DNA of 64,000 nt from Parcubacteria group bacterium (GTDB lineage Bacteria > Patescibacteriota > Minisyncoccia > UBA6257 > JACRHW01). Under the pieces are notes generated by a model. That model did not search any database. It saw nothing but the letters and a program-made list of their open reading frames with translations, and had not been told where the DNA came from. The translations under genes and the position numbers were made by a program. Of this stretch, positions 37,348 through 45,301 are shown piece by piece. Numbering within the stretch: the stretch's first letter is position 1; each line of letters opens with the position of its first letter. The DNA lies in assembly GCA_016217555.1 (NCBI GenBank), contig JACRHW010000016.1, forward strand, positions 8,845-72,844, read 5' to 3'.

Positions 37348-37453
37348 TTGACTAATTACCGGTATTTGATTACCATATCTAAGTGGTATTGAGAAGCTTG
37401 GCTAAGGCTTTTTCTTTTTACAAAGCCAGTGCCTCGTTTTTTCCTCCATTTCT

Positions 37454-37660
37454 ATGCAAAAAAAAACAGTTGAAGGTGTCGTAGAAGAGGCCCTGCCCGC
37501 AGGCACATTTCGTGTCCGTTTAGGTGCCGATTCAACTATCTTGGCCCACCTCTCAGGTAAAATGAGAATTTACTATATTAAAGTAATTCCTGGCGACTAC
37601 GTAACGGTAGAGTTAAGCCCCTACGACGAAACAAAAGGAAGAATCATAAAACGCAGATAA
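37454..37660 (+). CDS. infA: translation initiation factor IF-1
   Basis: 68 aa; ...[18 protein letters not shown]....AHLSGKMR...I.PGD.V.VELSPYD..KGRI..R. Confidence 0.93.
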   Translation: MQKKTVEGVVEEALPAGTFRVRLGADSTILAHLSGKMRIYYIKVIPGDYVTVELSPYDETKGRIIKRR

Positions 37661-37721
37661 GAGATAACTTACAGATTTTAGCTACTAGCTTCTAGGAAAC
37701 ATAATCTAGCTAATCCCTAAT

Positions 37722-37749
37722 TTCCTAAAAGCTAACAGCTAAAAGCTAA
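37722..37749 (+). repeat. CCTAAAAGCTAA-type AGCT-core array immediately upstream of rpmJ
   Basis: ttcctaaaagctaacagctaaaagctaac then ttt ATG. Confidence 0.6.
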
Positions 37750-37753
37750 CTTT

Positions 37754-37867
37754 ATGCATGTACGCGCATCAGTAAAAAAGGTTTGTCAGAAATGTAAACT
37801 TGTGCGAAGAAAGGGTCGTCTTCGTGTTACATGCGCTATTCCAAAACATAAACAACGACAAGGCTAA
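37754..37867 (+). CDS. rpmJ: 50S ribosomal protein L36 (below the ORF-track length cutoff)
   Basis: atgcatgtacgcgcatcagtaaaaaag... translates [37 protein letters not shown] (37 aa), classic L36 with C..C...C motif; coordinates +/-1. Confidence 0.85.
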   Translation: MHVRASVKKVCQKCKLVRRKGRLRVTCAIPKHKQRQG

Positions 37868-37872
37868 CTTAT

Positions 37873-38259
37873 ATGGCACGTATTAGTGGAGTTAATCTCC
37901 CGGAACTAAAAAATATAGAAATTGCACTTACCTATGTATATGGTATTGGATCCCATCTTTCCAAAAAGATACTTTTAAAGGCGGGTGTTGAACCAAGAAA
38001 AAAAGTGAAAGACCTTGATGCTAGAGAAGTAAAAGCTCTTCAAGATGCCATAGAAAGTAAATATAAGACCGAGAATGATTTAAGGAGGGAGGTAAAAACA
38101 AATATTAAGCGTCTTAAGGATATCGGATCCTACCGAGGCGTGCGCCATTCGAAACATCTTCCTACCCGAGGACAAAGAACAAAAACAAACTCAAGAACAG
38201 TACGAGGAAACGTACGTAAGACAGTCGGAAGTGGTCGCAGAAAAGTTGATCTCAAATAA
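37873..38259 (+). CDS. rpsM: 30S ribosomal protein S13
   Basis: 128 aa; MARISGVNLP..K....AL..IYGIG... Confidence 0.95.
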   Translation: MARISGVNLPELKNIEIALTYVYGIGSHLSKKILLKAGVEPRKKVKDLDAREVKALQDAIESKYKTENDLRREVKTNIKRLKDIGSYRGVRHSKHLPTRGQRTKTNSRTVRGNVRKTVGSGRRKVDLK

Positions 38260-38262
38260 ACT

Positions 38263-38715
38263 ATGGGTAAAAAACGAGTCATAGAAGAAACAGGAGACCA
38301 AGCACTCAAAGCGAGTAGTGCTCTTCACGATAAAATTAAAGACAGTGCAGGAAAAAGCTCGAGTAAATTACTTGAACGTGGAAAGGCATATATTAATGCT
38401 ACCTATAACAATACTGTTATCGCCATCACCGATATGCAAGGAAATGTGATTGCGTGGAACTCTGCAGGAGCACTTGGCTTCAAGGGTCCCAAAAAGGCCA
38501 CACCTTTTGCAGCCGCAAAGGTAGTTGAATCAGTAAGTGAGAAAATTGCAAAAACTGGCCCTACAAAAATAGATGTTATTGTAAAAGGAGTGGGTGGTGG
38601 ACGAGATTCAGCAATTCGTGCCTTTGCAGGAAGAGGATTTGAGATAGATTCCATTGTTGATATGACTCCTATTCCTCACAACGGTCCACGTCCTCCAAAA
38701 GTAAGAAGAGTATAA
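38263..38715 (+). CDS. rpsK: 30S ribosomal protein S11
   Basis: 150 aa; ...NNTVIAITDMQGNVIAWNSAG..GFKG.KK.TPFAA... Confidence 0.95.
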   Translation: MGKKRVIEETGDQALKASSALHDKIKDSAGKSSSKLLERGKAYINATYNNTVIAITDMQGNVIAWNSAGALGFKGPKKATPFAAAKVVESVSEKIAKTGPTKIDVIVKGVGGGRDSAIRAFAGRGFEIDSIVDMTPIPHNGPRPPKVRRV

Positions 38716-38898
38716 AGGATTTGGCTTCCGAACACAGTGAGGAATTGCCAAACCTTTACCCCGCCTTCTAGGCACAATAACATAAGGTAAATTAAAGAAA
38801 TATGATACTACAAGAATATATGTTACAACAGTATGCAATGTGCTTAGAAGGCGGGGTGCTCAGTTTTATTAACTCACTTCGTTTCGTATAAAATTGGC
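38716..38898 (+). repeat. structured junction element copy B (RNase P RNA-like)
   Basis: aggatttggcttccgaacacagtgaggaattgccaaacctttaccccgccttctaggcac...gcttagaaggcggggtgctcag...aaattggc then rpsD ATG. Confidence 0.8.
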
Positions 38899-39522
38899 AT
38901 GATTGGTCCTAAATGTAAAAAATGTAGAGCGGCGGGTGAGAAACTCTTTATGAAAGGGGAGCGTTGTCTTTCTCCAAAATGTGGAGCCGTACGACGTCCT
39001 TATCGACCCGGTGTACATGGGCCAAGCAAGAAGCGAAGAAATGTAACCGAATTCGGCAAACAACTTCTCGAAAAACAAAAATTAAAATGGACGTACGGAT
39101 TGCGCGAACAGCAATTTAAAAAATATTTCAAAGAAGCTCTCGCAGCTAAAGGCGTTACTATCAATCGCCTCGTGCAAACACTCGAGAGAAGACTTGACAA
39201 CGTAGTTTTTAGACTTGGTTTCGTCCCTTCACGAGGTATGGGACGTGCGCTTGTACGTCATGGTCATTTCCTTGTTAATGGAAGAAAGGTTACCATTCCT
39301 TCACTTGCAGTGAAACCCGGAGATATTATCTCTATCCGAGAAGGTTCAAAAGATCGGGGAGATCTCAAAGATGCGTCTATGAAAATTGCACACTACGAGT
39401 CACCTGCATGGCTTTCTATGAACAAAGAAACCCTTGAAGCAAAAATAACAGCGCTTCCAGAATTACAAGACGTAACTATTCCTTTTAATATCAATCTAAT
39501 AGTCGAATTTTATTCTCGTTAA
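38899..39522 (+). CDS. rpsD: 30S ribosomal protein S4
   Basis: 207 aa; N-terminal zinc-ribbon CKKCRAAGEKLFMKGERCLSPKC; S4 domain. Confidence 0.95.
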   Translation: MIGPKCKKCRAAGEKLFMKGERCLSPKCGAVRRPYRPGVHGPSKKRRNVTEFGKQLLEKQKLKWTYGLREQQFKKYFKEALAAKGVTINRLVQTLERRLDNVVFRLGFVPSRGMGRALVRHGHFLVNGRKVTIPSLAVKPGDIISIREGSKDRGDLKDASMKIAHYESPAWLSMNKETLEAKITALPELQDVTIPFNINLIVEFYSR

Positions 39523-39572
39523 ATAAGATTAGCTCATAGCTGTTGGCTTACAGGGAGATGCAAACCATTGAT

Positions 39573-39616
39573 TCCTAAAAGCTAAAAGCTAAAAGCTAAA
39601 AGCTAAAAGCTAAACT
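39573..39616 (+). repeat. (AAAGCT)n tandem hexamer array immediately upstream of rpoA
   Basis: attcctaaaagctaaaagctaaaagctaaaagctaaact then ATG. Confidence 0.7.
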
Positions 39617-40384
39617 ATGAACATTCCTCTTCCTCAAGAACCATTATTTGAAGACAAAAAAAATAACATCGGCGTTTTTAAAATAGAAGGCCTTCACTCT
39701 GGCTATGGTATTACCCTTGGAAATGCCTTGCGACGAGTTCTCCTCTCTTCTTTGGAAGGTGCAGCGGTAATATCCTTCAAAATAGAAGGAGTAGACCATG
39801 AATTTACAACCATTCCAGGTGTTCTCGAAGATGTTATCCAGATCGTACTTAATCTTAAGAAACTGCGAATTAAACTCCTTAGCGATGGTCCAGAAACCAT
39901 CCACATACGTGTAAAGGGAGAGAAGGAGGTAACAGGACGTGATATAGAGAAAAATGCAAACGTGGAGATAATCAACAAAGACCTTGTGCTCATGACCGTT
40001 ACCGACAAGAAAACTTCTCTTACCATGGAAATCACGGTAGCGCATGGGCTTGGATATCAAACCTCGGACAAGGTACAGACAGAAAAACTTTCTATTGGTA
40101 CTATCGCCGTTGATGCCATCTTCACACCAGTCCGAAGTGTCCAAGACTCGGTTGAAAAAATGCGTGTTGGAGAACGCACCGATTATGATCGTCTTGTTCT
40201 TAAGGTTGAAACAGATGGCAGTATTTCCCCCGAGGAAGCATTTACTGAAGCAGTAGCAATTCTTATTGATCAATTCAAAGCTCTCACCATAGGAACAAAG
40301 ACAGAAGAAAACCAAACAGAAGCGGAAGACGTAATAGAAGAGGGTGAAGAAAAAACTAAAAAAACAAAAAAGGCAAAAAAGTAA
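39617..40384 (+). CDS. rpoA: DNA-directed RNA polymerase alpha subunit, N-terminal domain only (no alpha-CTD)
   Basis: 255 aa; alpha-NTD motifs (...LGNALRRVLLSSLEGAAV...; ...ITVAHGLGY...) then acidic/Lys tail TEAEDVIEEGEEKTKKTKKAKK; stop directly abuts junction-element copy C. Confidence 0.85.
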   Translation: MNIPLPQEPLFEDKKNNIGVFKIEGLHSGYGITLGNALRRVLLSSLEGAAVISFKIEGVDHEFTTIPGVLEDVIQIVLNLKKLRIKLLSDGPETIHIRVKGEKEVTGRDIEKNANVEIINKDLVLMTVTDKKTSLTMEITVAHGLGYQTSDKVQTEKLSIGTIAVDAIFTPVRSVQDSVEKMRVGERTDYDRLVLKVETDGSISPEEAFTEAVAILIDQFKALTIGTKTEENQTEAEDVIEEGEEKTKKTKKAKK

Positions 40385-40560
40385 AGGATTTGGCTTCCGA
40401 ACACAGTGAGGAATTGCCAAACCTTTACCCCGCCCTCTAGGCATATGGATACAAGATTAAAACAAGGCTCGATGTGCGTAGAGGGCGGGGTGCTCAATGT
40501 TGTAGATACATTTATCTCACTCAACATTGGGTTTCGTTCATAAATGTAAACAACATTGGC
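40385..40560 (+). repeat. structured junction element copy C (RNase P RNA-like)
   Basis: ~95 percent identical to copy B over the first 60 nt; hairpin ccccgccctctaggcata...gcgtagagggcgggg; ends caacattggc then rplQ ATG. Confidence 0.8.
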
Positions 40561-40908
40561 ATGAAACACGTCAACAAGGTACGAAAATTTAGCAGAAAAA
40601 CATCAGAACGCAGGGCGTTTATTAAGGGCTTGAACCACAACCTTGTAATGCACGGAAAAATGGAGACAACTCTTACGCGCGCTAAGGCACTCAAAAGTAC
40701 AGTGGAAAAACTTATCACTGTTGCAAAAAAACAAAATGTTGCCTCATTACGTCTCCTCATGCGTCGCCTCCCAAAGATTTCTTCCAAAAAACTTTTCCAT
40801 GAAATTGCTCCAAAATATAAAGAACGTAATGGGGGATATACTCGCGTAATAAGAGGAAAAAGTCGCACAGCAGATGGTACCACCATGGCTATTATTGAAT
40901 TCGTCTAA
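40561..40908 (+). CDS. rplQ: 50S ribosomal protein L17
   Basis: ATG at 40561 (track ORF from 40474 runs through the repeat); MKHVNKVRKFSRKTSERRAF... L17 N-terminus. Confidence 0.9.
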   Translation: MKHVNKVRKFSRKTSERRAFIKGLNHNLVMHGKMETTLTRAKALKSTVEKLITVAKKQNVASLRLLMRRLPKISSKKLFHEIAPKYKERNGGYTRVIRGKSRTADGTTMAIIEFV

Positions 40909-40912
40909 ACAT

Positions 40913-41272
40913 ATGACTACTGCCACAAAATCACATATTATTGAGATGGATGTACAAGAAAAAATGCTTGGCCGCGTTGCCTCAGAAATTGCATCCCTCC
41001 TGCAGGACAAAAATAGTCCCTTCTTCGAACCACGCTTGGCAGGAAAGAATATTGTGAAAGTCTCAAATGCCGAAAAGATTAAATTGAGTGGAAAAAAGAT
41101 GGAGCAAAAAATATATTATAAACACACGGGCTATTTAGGCCATCTTAAACAACTCAGCGCCGAGAAAGTGTTTGAAAAAGATCCTACACGCCTTTTAAGA
41201 ACGGCGGTGTATAGAATGCTTCCTAAAAACAAACTGCGCGCGAAAAGAATTAAACGACTTATTTTCATATAA
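40913..41272 (+). CDS. rplM: 50S ribosomal protein L13
   Basis: ATG at 40913; ...LGRVASEIASLL......P....G..I.V.NA.KI...G.K...K.YY.HTGY.G... matches L13. Confidence 0.88.
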   Translation: MTTATKSHIIEMDVQEKMLGRVASEIASLLQDKNSPFFEPRLAGKNIVKVSNAEKIKLSGKKMEQKIYYKHTGYLGHLKQLSAEKVFEKDPTRLLRTAVYRMLPKNKLRAKRIKRLIFI

Positions 41273-41327
41273 GCTTATAGCTGTTAGCTACTAGCTTATA
41301 GGAGACAAGGGGTACTAATCCCGAATA

Positions 41328-41366
41328 TCCTAAAAGCTAAAAGCTAAAAGCTAAAAGCTAACGTAT
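41328..41366 (+). repeat. CCTAAAAGCTAA tandem array immediately upstream of rpsI
   Basis: tatcctaaaagctaaaagctaaaagctaacgtat then ATG; the track start 41367 implies one more heptamer unit than I could read, so unit count is approximate. Confidence 0.65.
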
Positions 41367-41825
41367 ATGCCTACCACTGCTACTAAAATCAAAAAAACGG
41401 TGACCAAAAAAGTATCATCAACAAAAACAGAGGATACTGAAAAATACTTCTACGGTCTTGGACGAAGAAAGACAGCTATTGCTCAAGTACGCCTTTATCC
41501 CAAAAGAAAGGACATCATTATCAATGGCAAAGAATTTCATGCTTATTTCCCAACAAAGCGTACCCAGCTTACTGTTGAAGCTCCTTTCAAAAAAATGAAA
41601 ATTGCCGAATATTTCGGAGGCGATGTAAGGGTACTTGGCGGAGGAGTAAGTGCACAAGCAGAAGCCATACGCCTTGGTATTAGCAAAGCACTTCTCGCCT
41701 TCAATGGGGAGTTCAAGCGAAGACTTAAGCGTGCAGGGTATCTTACACGAGATCCTCGCATGGTAGAACGCAAAAAATACGGCCTCAAAAAAGCACGTCG
41801 TGCACCCCAGTGGGGAAAGCGTTAA
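41367..41825 (+). CDS. rpsI: 30S ribosomal protein S9
   Basis: 152 aa; ends ...KKARRAPQWGKR (S9 C-terminal signature). Confidence 0.93.
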   Translation: MPTTATKIKKTVTKKVSSTKTEDTEKYFYGLGRRKTAIAQVRLYPKRKDIIINGKEFHAYFPTKRTQLTVEAPFKKMKIAEYFGGDVRVLGGGVSAQAEAIRLGISKALLAFNGEFKRRLKRAGYLTRDPRMVERKKYGLKKARRAPQWGKR

Positions 41826-41852
41826 ACTAGCTTTTAGCTGTTAGGTTTTAGG

Positions 41853-41884
41853 AAAAAGACGCCTTTGATGGGCGTCTTTTTGTG
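41853..41884. terminator. bidirectional rho-independent terminator after rpsI
   Basis: aaaaagacgcc tttgat ggcgtctttttgtg. Confidence 0.75.
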
Positions 41885-41897
41885 TTATTATCATAGT

Positions 41898-43190
41898 ATG
41901 AAATTCATTGTACGGGGAGGTAAAAAACTTGAGGGGGAAATTGTGCTTGGTGGAGCCAAAAACGCTGCCACAAAAATGCTTGTCGCCTCCCTTCTTACAA
42001 GCGAACCAATGGTACTTCATAATACCCCCAACATAGGGGATGTTGCGATCACCCAAGAGCTCTGTGAGCTCGTAGGAAGCTCTATAACAAGAGATAATAA
42101 CACCGTTACTGTTCACACCCCAGAAATCAAAAACACCCGCGTACTCTCTTTGAGTCGCAAAAATAGAATCCCTGTTCTGGCCCTCGGACCCCTCCTCGCA
42201 AGAACAGGAGAGGCCGAGATACCACTTCTTGGGGGAGACAAAATTGGCCCAAGACCAATCGATATGCATCTTACTGCCCTCGAAGAAATGGGTGCCATTA
42301 TAGAAAAAAGAGACTCCTCGTACTATGCACATGCTCCCCATGGTCTAAAAGGCGTAAAAATACAATTACGTTATCCAAGCGTAGGCGCAACAGAAAACAT
42401 AATCCTCGCTGCAACTTTAGCAAAAGGGAGAACGGTCATCGAAAACGCCGCGACTGAACCAGAAATCATTGATCTCGTGAAAATGTTGCAAAACATGGGG
42501 GCAATCATCGAGTTGGGTGCTAACAGAACTATTTATATCGACGGAGTAAGATCCCTCCGTGGAGGGGAGCATACTATTTTACCTGATCGTAACGAAGCGG
42601 CCTCTTTTGCGTCTCTTGCTGTTGCGACACGTGGTGATGTTTTTGTACGCAATGCTAAACAAGACCACCTCATTACGTTTTTAAATGCCCTCCGAAAGGT
42701 GGGGGGAGAATATAAGGTAGAAAATACAGGAATCCGTTTTTGGAGGGGAAAAAATTTAACGAGCATCGAACTTGAAACAGACACCCACCCCGGCTTCATG
42801 ACCGATTGGCAACAACCCTTTACCCTCCTCCTCACGCAAGCAAAAGGAAGCTCTATTCTCCATGAAACAGTATATGAAGACAGGTTTGGACATGTAGGAG
42901 AATTAAATATCATGGGAGCTGATATACACGTATTCTCAAAATGCCTCGGAGAGATCGCTTGTCGATTTAATGGCAAAAATCATCAGCACAGCATTCTTGT
43001 AAATGGCCCCACCCCCCTCAAGGGAATATCGCTCACTATAAAAGACCTACGCGCAGGGATGGCACACCTCATCGCTACCCTCATCGCAGAAGGAGAATCA
43101 ACCGTCGACAATATCGAGGAGCTCGACCGAGGCTACGAAAACATTGACACTCGCCTCCAAAACCTAGGAGCAGACATCATCCGAGCGTGA
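41898..43190 (+). CDS. murA: UDP-N-acetylglucosamine 1-carboxyvinyltransferase
   Basis: ATG at 41898; MKFIVRGGKKLEGEI.L.GAKNA; EPSP-synthase fold. Confidence 0.9.
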   Translation: MKFIVRGGKKLEGEIVLGGAKNAATKMLVASLLTSEPMVLHNTPNIGDVAITQELCELVGSSITRDNNTVTVHTPEIKNTRVLSLSRKNRIPVLALGPLLARTGEAEIPLLGGDKIGPRPIDMHLTALEEMGAIIEKRDSSYYAHAPHGLKGVKIQLRYPSVGATENIILAATLAKGRTVIENAATEPEIIDLVKMLQNMGAIIELGANRTIYIDGVRSLRGGEHTILPDRNEAASFASLAVATRGDVFVRNAKQDHLITFLNALRKVGGEYKVENTGIRFWRGKNLTSIELETDTHPGFMTDWQQPFTLLLTQAKGSSILHETVYEDRFGHVGELNIMGADIHVFSKCLGEIACRFNGKNHQHSILVNGPTPLKGISLTIKDLRAGMAHLIATLIAEGESTVDNIEELDRGYENIDTRLQNLGADIIRA

Positions 43191-43231
43191 ATTTCTAATA
43201 TCTAATTCCTAATTTCCAATAAAAATTTCTT

Positions 43232-43258
43232 GTCATTCCCGCGCAGGTGGGAATCCAG
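43232..43258. repeat. GTCATTCCCG...CGGGAATCCAG palindrome
   Basis: gtcattcccgcgcaggtgggaatccag. Confidence 0.6.
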
Positions 43259-43381
43259 ACCCCACTTATTCCTTTTGCATCTTGTATTTTTTACCGTTCA
43301 TACTAGATACCAGGTACTAAATACAAAATACTCGTTCCTTGTGTATTCCTTCCAAACACTAATTCCTGTATACTATTAGAT

Positions 43382-43891
43382 ATGGAATCTTTTTTTGTCC
43401 TTCTCGATGATATTGTTGTGAGAATCACCGTTATTCTTATTGTGTTTTTTATATTGAAATCCTTAGTGCGTCCCGTTGCGCGCCAACTTATTCATATCAG
43501 TAAATCCAAGCCAAAACTCATTCAGGAAAAAAGGGTCAAGACAGCAGTCAGCTTCATCAATAGTATTGCAACAATTATATTATGGGTTCTCACACTCTTC
43601 ACTATCATTGCGCAATTTCATATTGATATAAAAACCCTTCTCGCTGGAGCTGGTATTTTTGGTGTTGCTTTCGGACTAGGTTTCCAATCAGTTATCAAAA
43701 ATTTCTTAACAAGTTTCGGTCTTTTCTTCGGTGGCTACTATGAAATAGGGGATATGGTAACTATCGCGGGGGTAAAAGGAACAGTCCAAGAAATAAATCT
43801 CAAAAATACGATCCTTGAAGACGAAGGAGGCATCATCCACTTCGTCCCCAACAGCGAAATAAAAGTCATCACCAACCTTTCAAAAAAATAA
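43382..43891 (+). CDS. small-conductance mechanosensitive channel (MscS family, minimal form)
   Basis: 169 aa; 2-3 TM then ...GAGIFGVAFGLGFQSVIKNFLTSFGLFFGGYYEIGDMVTIAGVKGTVQEINLKNT... Confidence 0.6.
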   Translation: MESFFVLLDDIVVRITVILIVFFILKSLVRPVARQLIHISKSKPKLIQEKRVKTAVSFINSIATIILWVLTLFTIIAQFHIDIKTLLAGAGIFGVAFGLGFQSVIKNFLTSFGLFFGGYYEIGDMVTIAGVKGTVQEINLKNTILEDEGGIIHFVPNSEIKVITNLSKK

Positions 43892-43918
43892 ATCCTATAA
43901 TCAATGTAGTTCCTGAGC

Positions 43919-45022
43919 TTGTCGAAGGACTACCTTACACCCATGATTCCCCAACAAAAAAAAGCCATCCTCTATCTCGGAATAATTTTTGTAATTATGG
44001 TTTTGTGGCATCCTGTCACACACGCACAAGGTGGAAGTATTTTTGACGCAGTAGATCCACTAAAAGATCAGGGCATAGAAAGCGTTGTAAACAATATTCT
44101 CAAATTCATGCGAGACATTGGCATTGCCCTCGTCACCATTTTTATCATCTATGGCGGTATCACATGGATGACCTCAGCGGGTGATCCGGGTAAAATCAAG
44201 GCAGGACGAGAAACTCTCCAATGGAGTCTCATTGGACTCGCCGTAATTCTTATGGCATCAGGCATCACCTCAGCAGTACTCGAAGCACTCAAGGTGAAAA
44301 ACAACCCAGTGGATCAACCATTACCACAACAACAAAATCAAAACGATAACACAAAAGGAAATTTTGATAATACAGATACCAAACAAGTAGTGGCAGATAA
44401 CACGGATGATGGTAATGATAAACCACCTTGTGATTTAAATCAAAAACAAAAACAAACCGCATTCTTATTATACGCCGCTGATTCCAATAAAAAAGGATTT
44501 CCATGTCTTCTTTCAACATATCGAGCTTATATGGCCAAGGCATGTGTCGAAGAACAATATGCGAAATATGGCGAAGGAAAAACAAATGCCACAACTCTTT
44601 CCAAAAAATATGGTAACCCGGATGGTGGCGCTTGGTGTGCTGCTTTCGTTTCATACTGTTATGGAAAAGCGGGTATTCCCTGGCCAGTTAATACTACATA
44701 TGGCAAAATTTATGTCCCTGATGTATGGAATAACTGGGGGGGAACAAAATTTACTCCAGAGGACATTGCGACAGGAAAAACGAAACCGCAAACTGGAGAT
44801 TTAGTAATATATAAAGATAATGGATCCCCACCATATGCACACATAGGTATGATCACAGATTATAATTCAAAAACGGGGGTATTTTATACGCTTGAAGGAA
44901 ATGCTAGTAGTAATGACTCTAATGCTCCAGGGGCAGTCATAACCAGGCGATCTTTCCGCTATGATCAAGTCCACACGGGAACTGGCTCCGGAGATAGGCA
45001 TAATCTTTTTCTAAGACCATAA
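43919..45022 (+). CDS. membrane protein: VirB2/TrbC-like double-TM pilin-like module + Q/N-rich linker + C-terminal CHAP-domain peptidoglycan amidase/peptidase
   Basis: 367 aa; signal; TM hairpin IGIALVTIFIIYGGITWMTSAGDPGKIKAGRETLQWSLIGLAVILMASGI; CHAP motifs GGAWCAAFVSYCY ... GDLVIY ... YAHIGMITDY. Confidence 0.65.
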   Translation: MSKDYLTPMIPQQKKAILYLGIIFVIMVLWHPVTHAQGGSIFDAVDPLKDQGIESVVNNILKFMRDIGIALVTIFIIYGGITWMTSAGDPGKIKAGRETLQWSLIGLAVILMASGITSAVLEALKVKNNPVDQPLPQQQNQNDNTKGNFDNTDTKQVVADNTDDGNDKPPCDLNQKQKQTAFLLYAADSNKKGFPCLLSTYRAYMAKACVEEQYAKYGEGKTNATTLSKKYGNPDGGAWCAAFVSYCYGKAGIPWPVNTTYGKIYVPDVWNNWGGTKFTPEDIATGKTKPQTGDLVIYKDNGSPPYAHIGMITDYNSKTGVFYTLEGNASSNDSNAPGAVITRRSFRYDQVHTGTGSGDRHNLFLRP

Positions 45023-45034
45023 AAAAAATTAAAT

Positions 45035-45286
45035 ATGTCTAAAAAACTTTTGATAATTCCCTTTCTTATTCTCATGGCAATTTTGGGGGCAGAAATGTAT
45101 TATTATATAAATCAAACAAGATCAAAAACCGAAATCATACTACCAGCTACACAACAACTTATAAAAAAACAAACGGGAGCAAGAAAATTTCCCATAATAC
45201 ATAGTCAACGATGGAATAATCTTCGGGAAGATGAATTAAGGGCGGAACCAGAAACGATGAGAAGATCTTATTTGCTTTCTACTTAA
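45035..45286 (+). CDS. small hypothetical membrane protein
   Basis: 83 aa; single TM LLIIPFLILMAILGAEMYYYI. Confidence 0.4.
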   Translation: MSKKLLIIPFLILMAILGAEMYYYINQTRSKTEIILPATQQLIKKQTGARKFPIIHSQRWNNLREDELRAEPETMRRSYLLST

Positions 45287-45301
45287 ATTTTTACACACCT
45301 T

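Noticed and set aside
39573-39616. (AAAGCT)n and (CTATAAG)n tandem arrays as possible CRISPR arrays
   Set aside because: The units are 6-7 nt and directly tandem with no spacers. They are microsatellite-like motifs at gene starts, not CRISPR.
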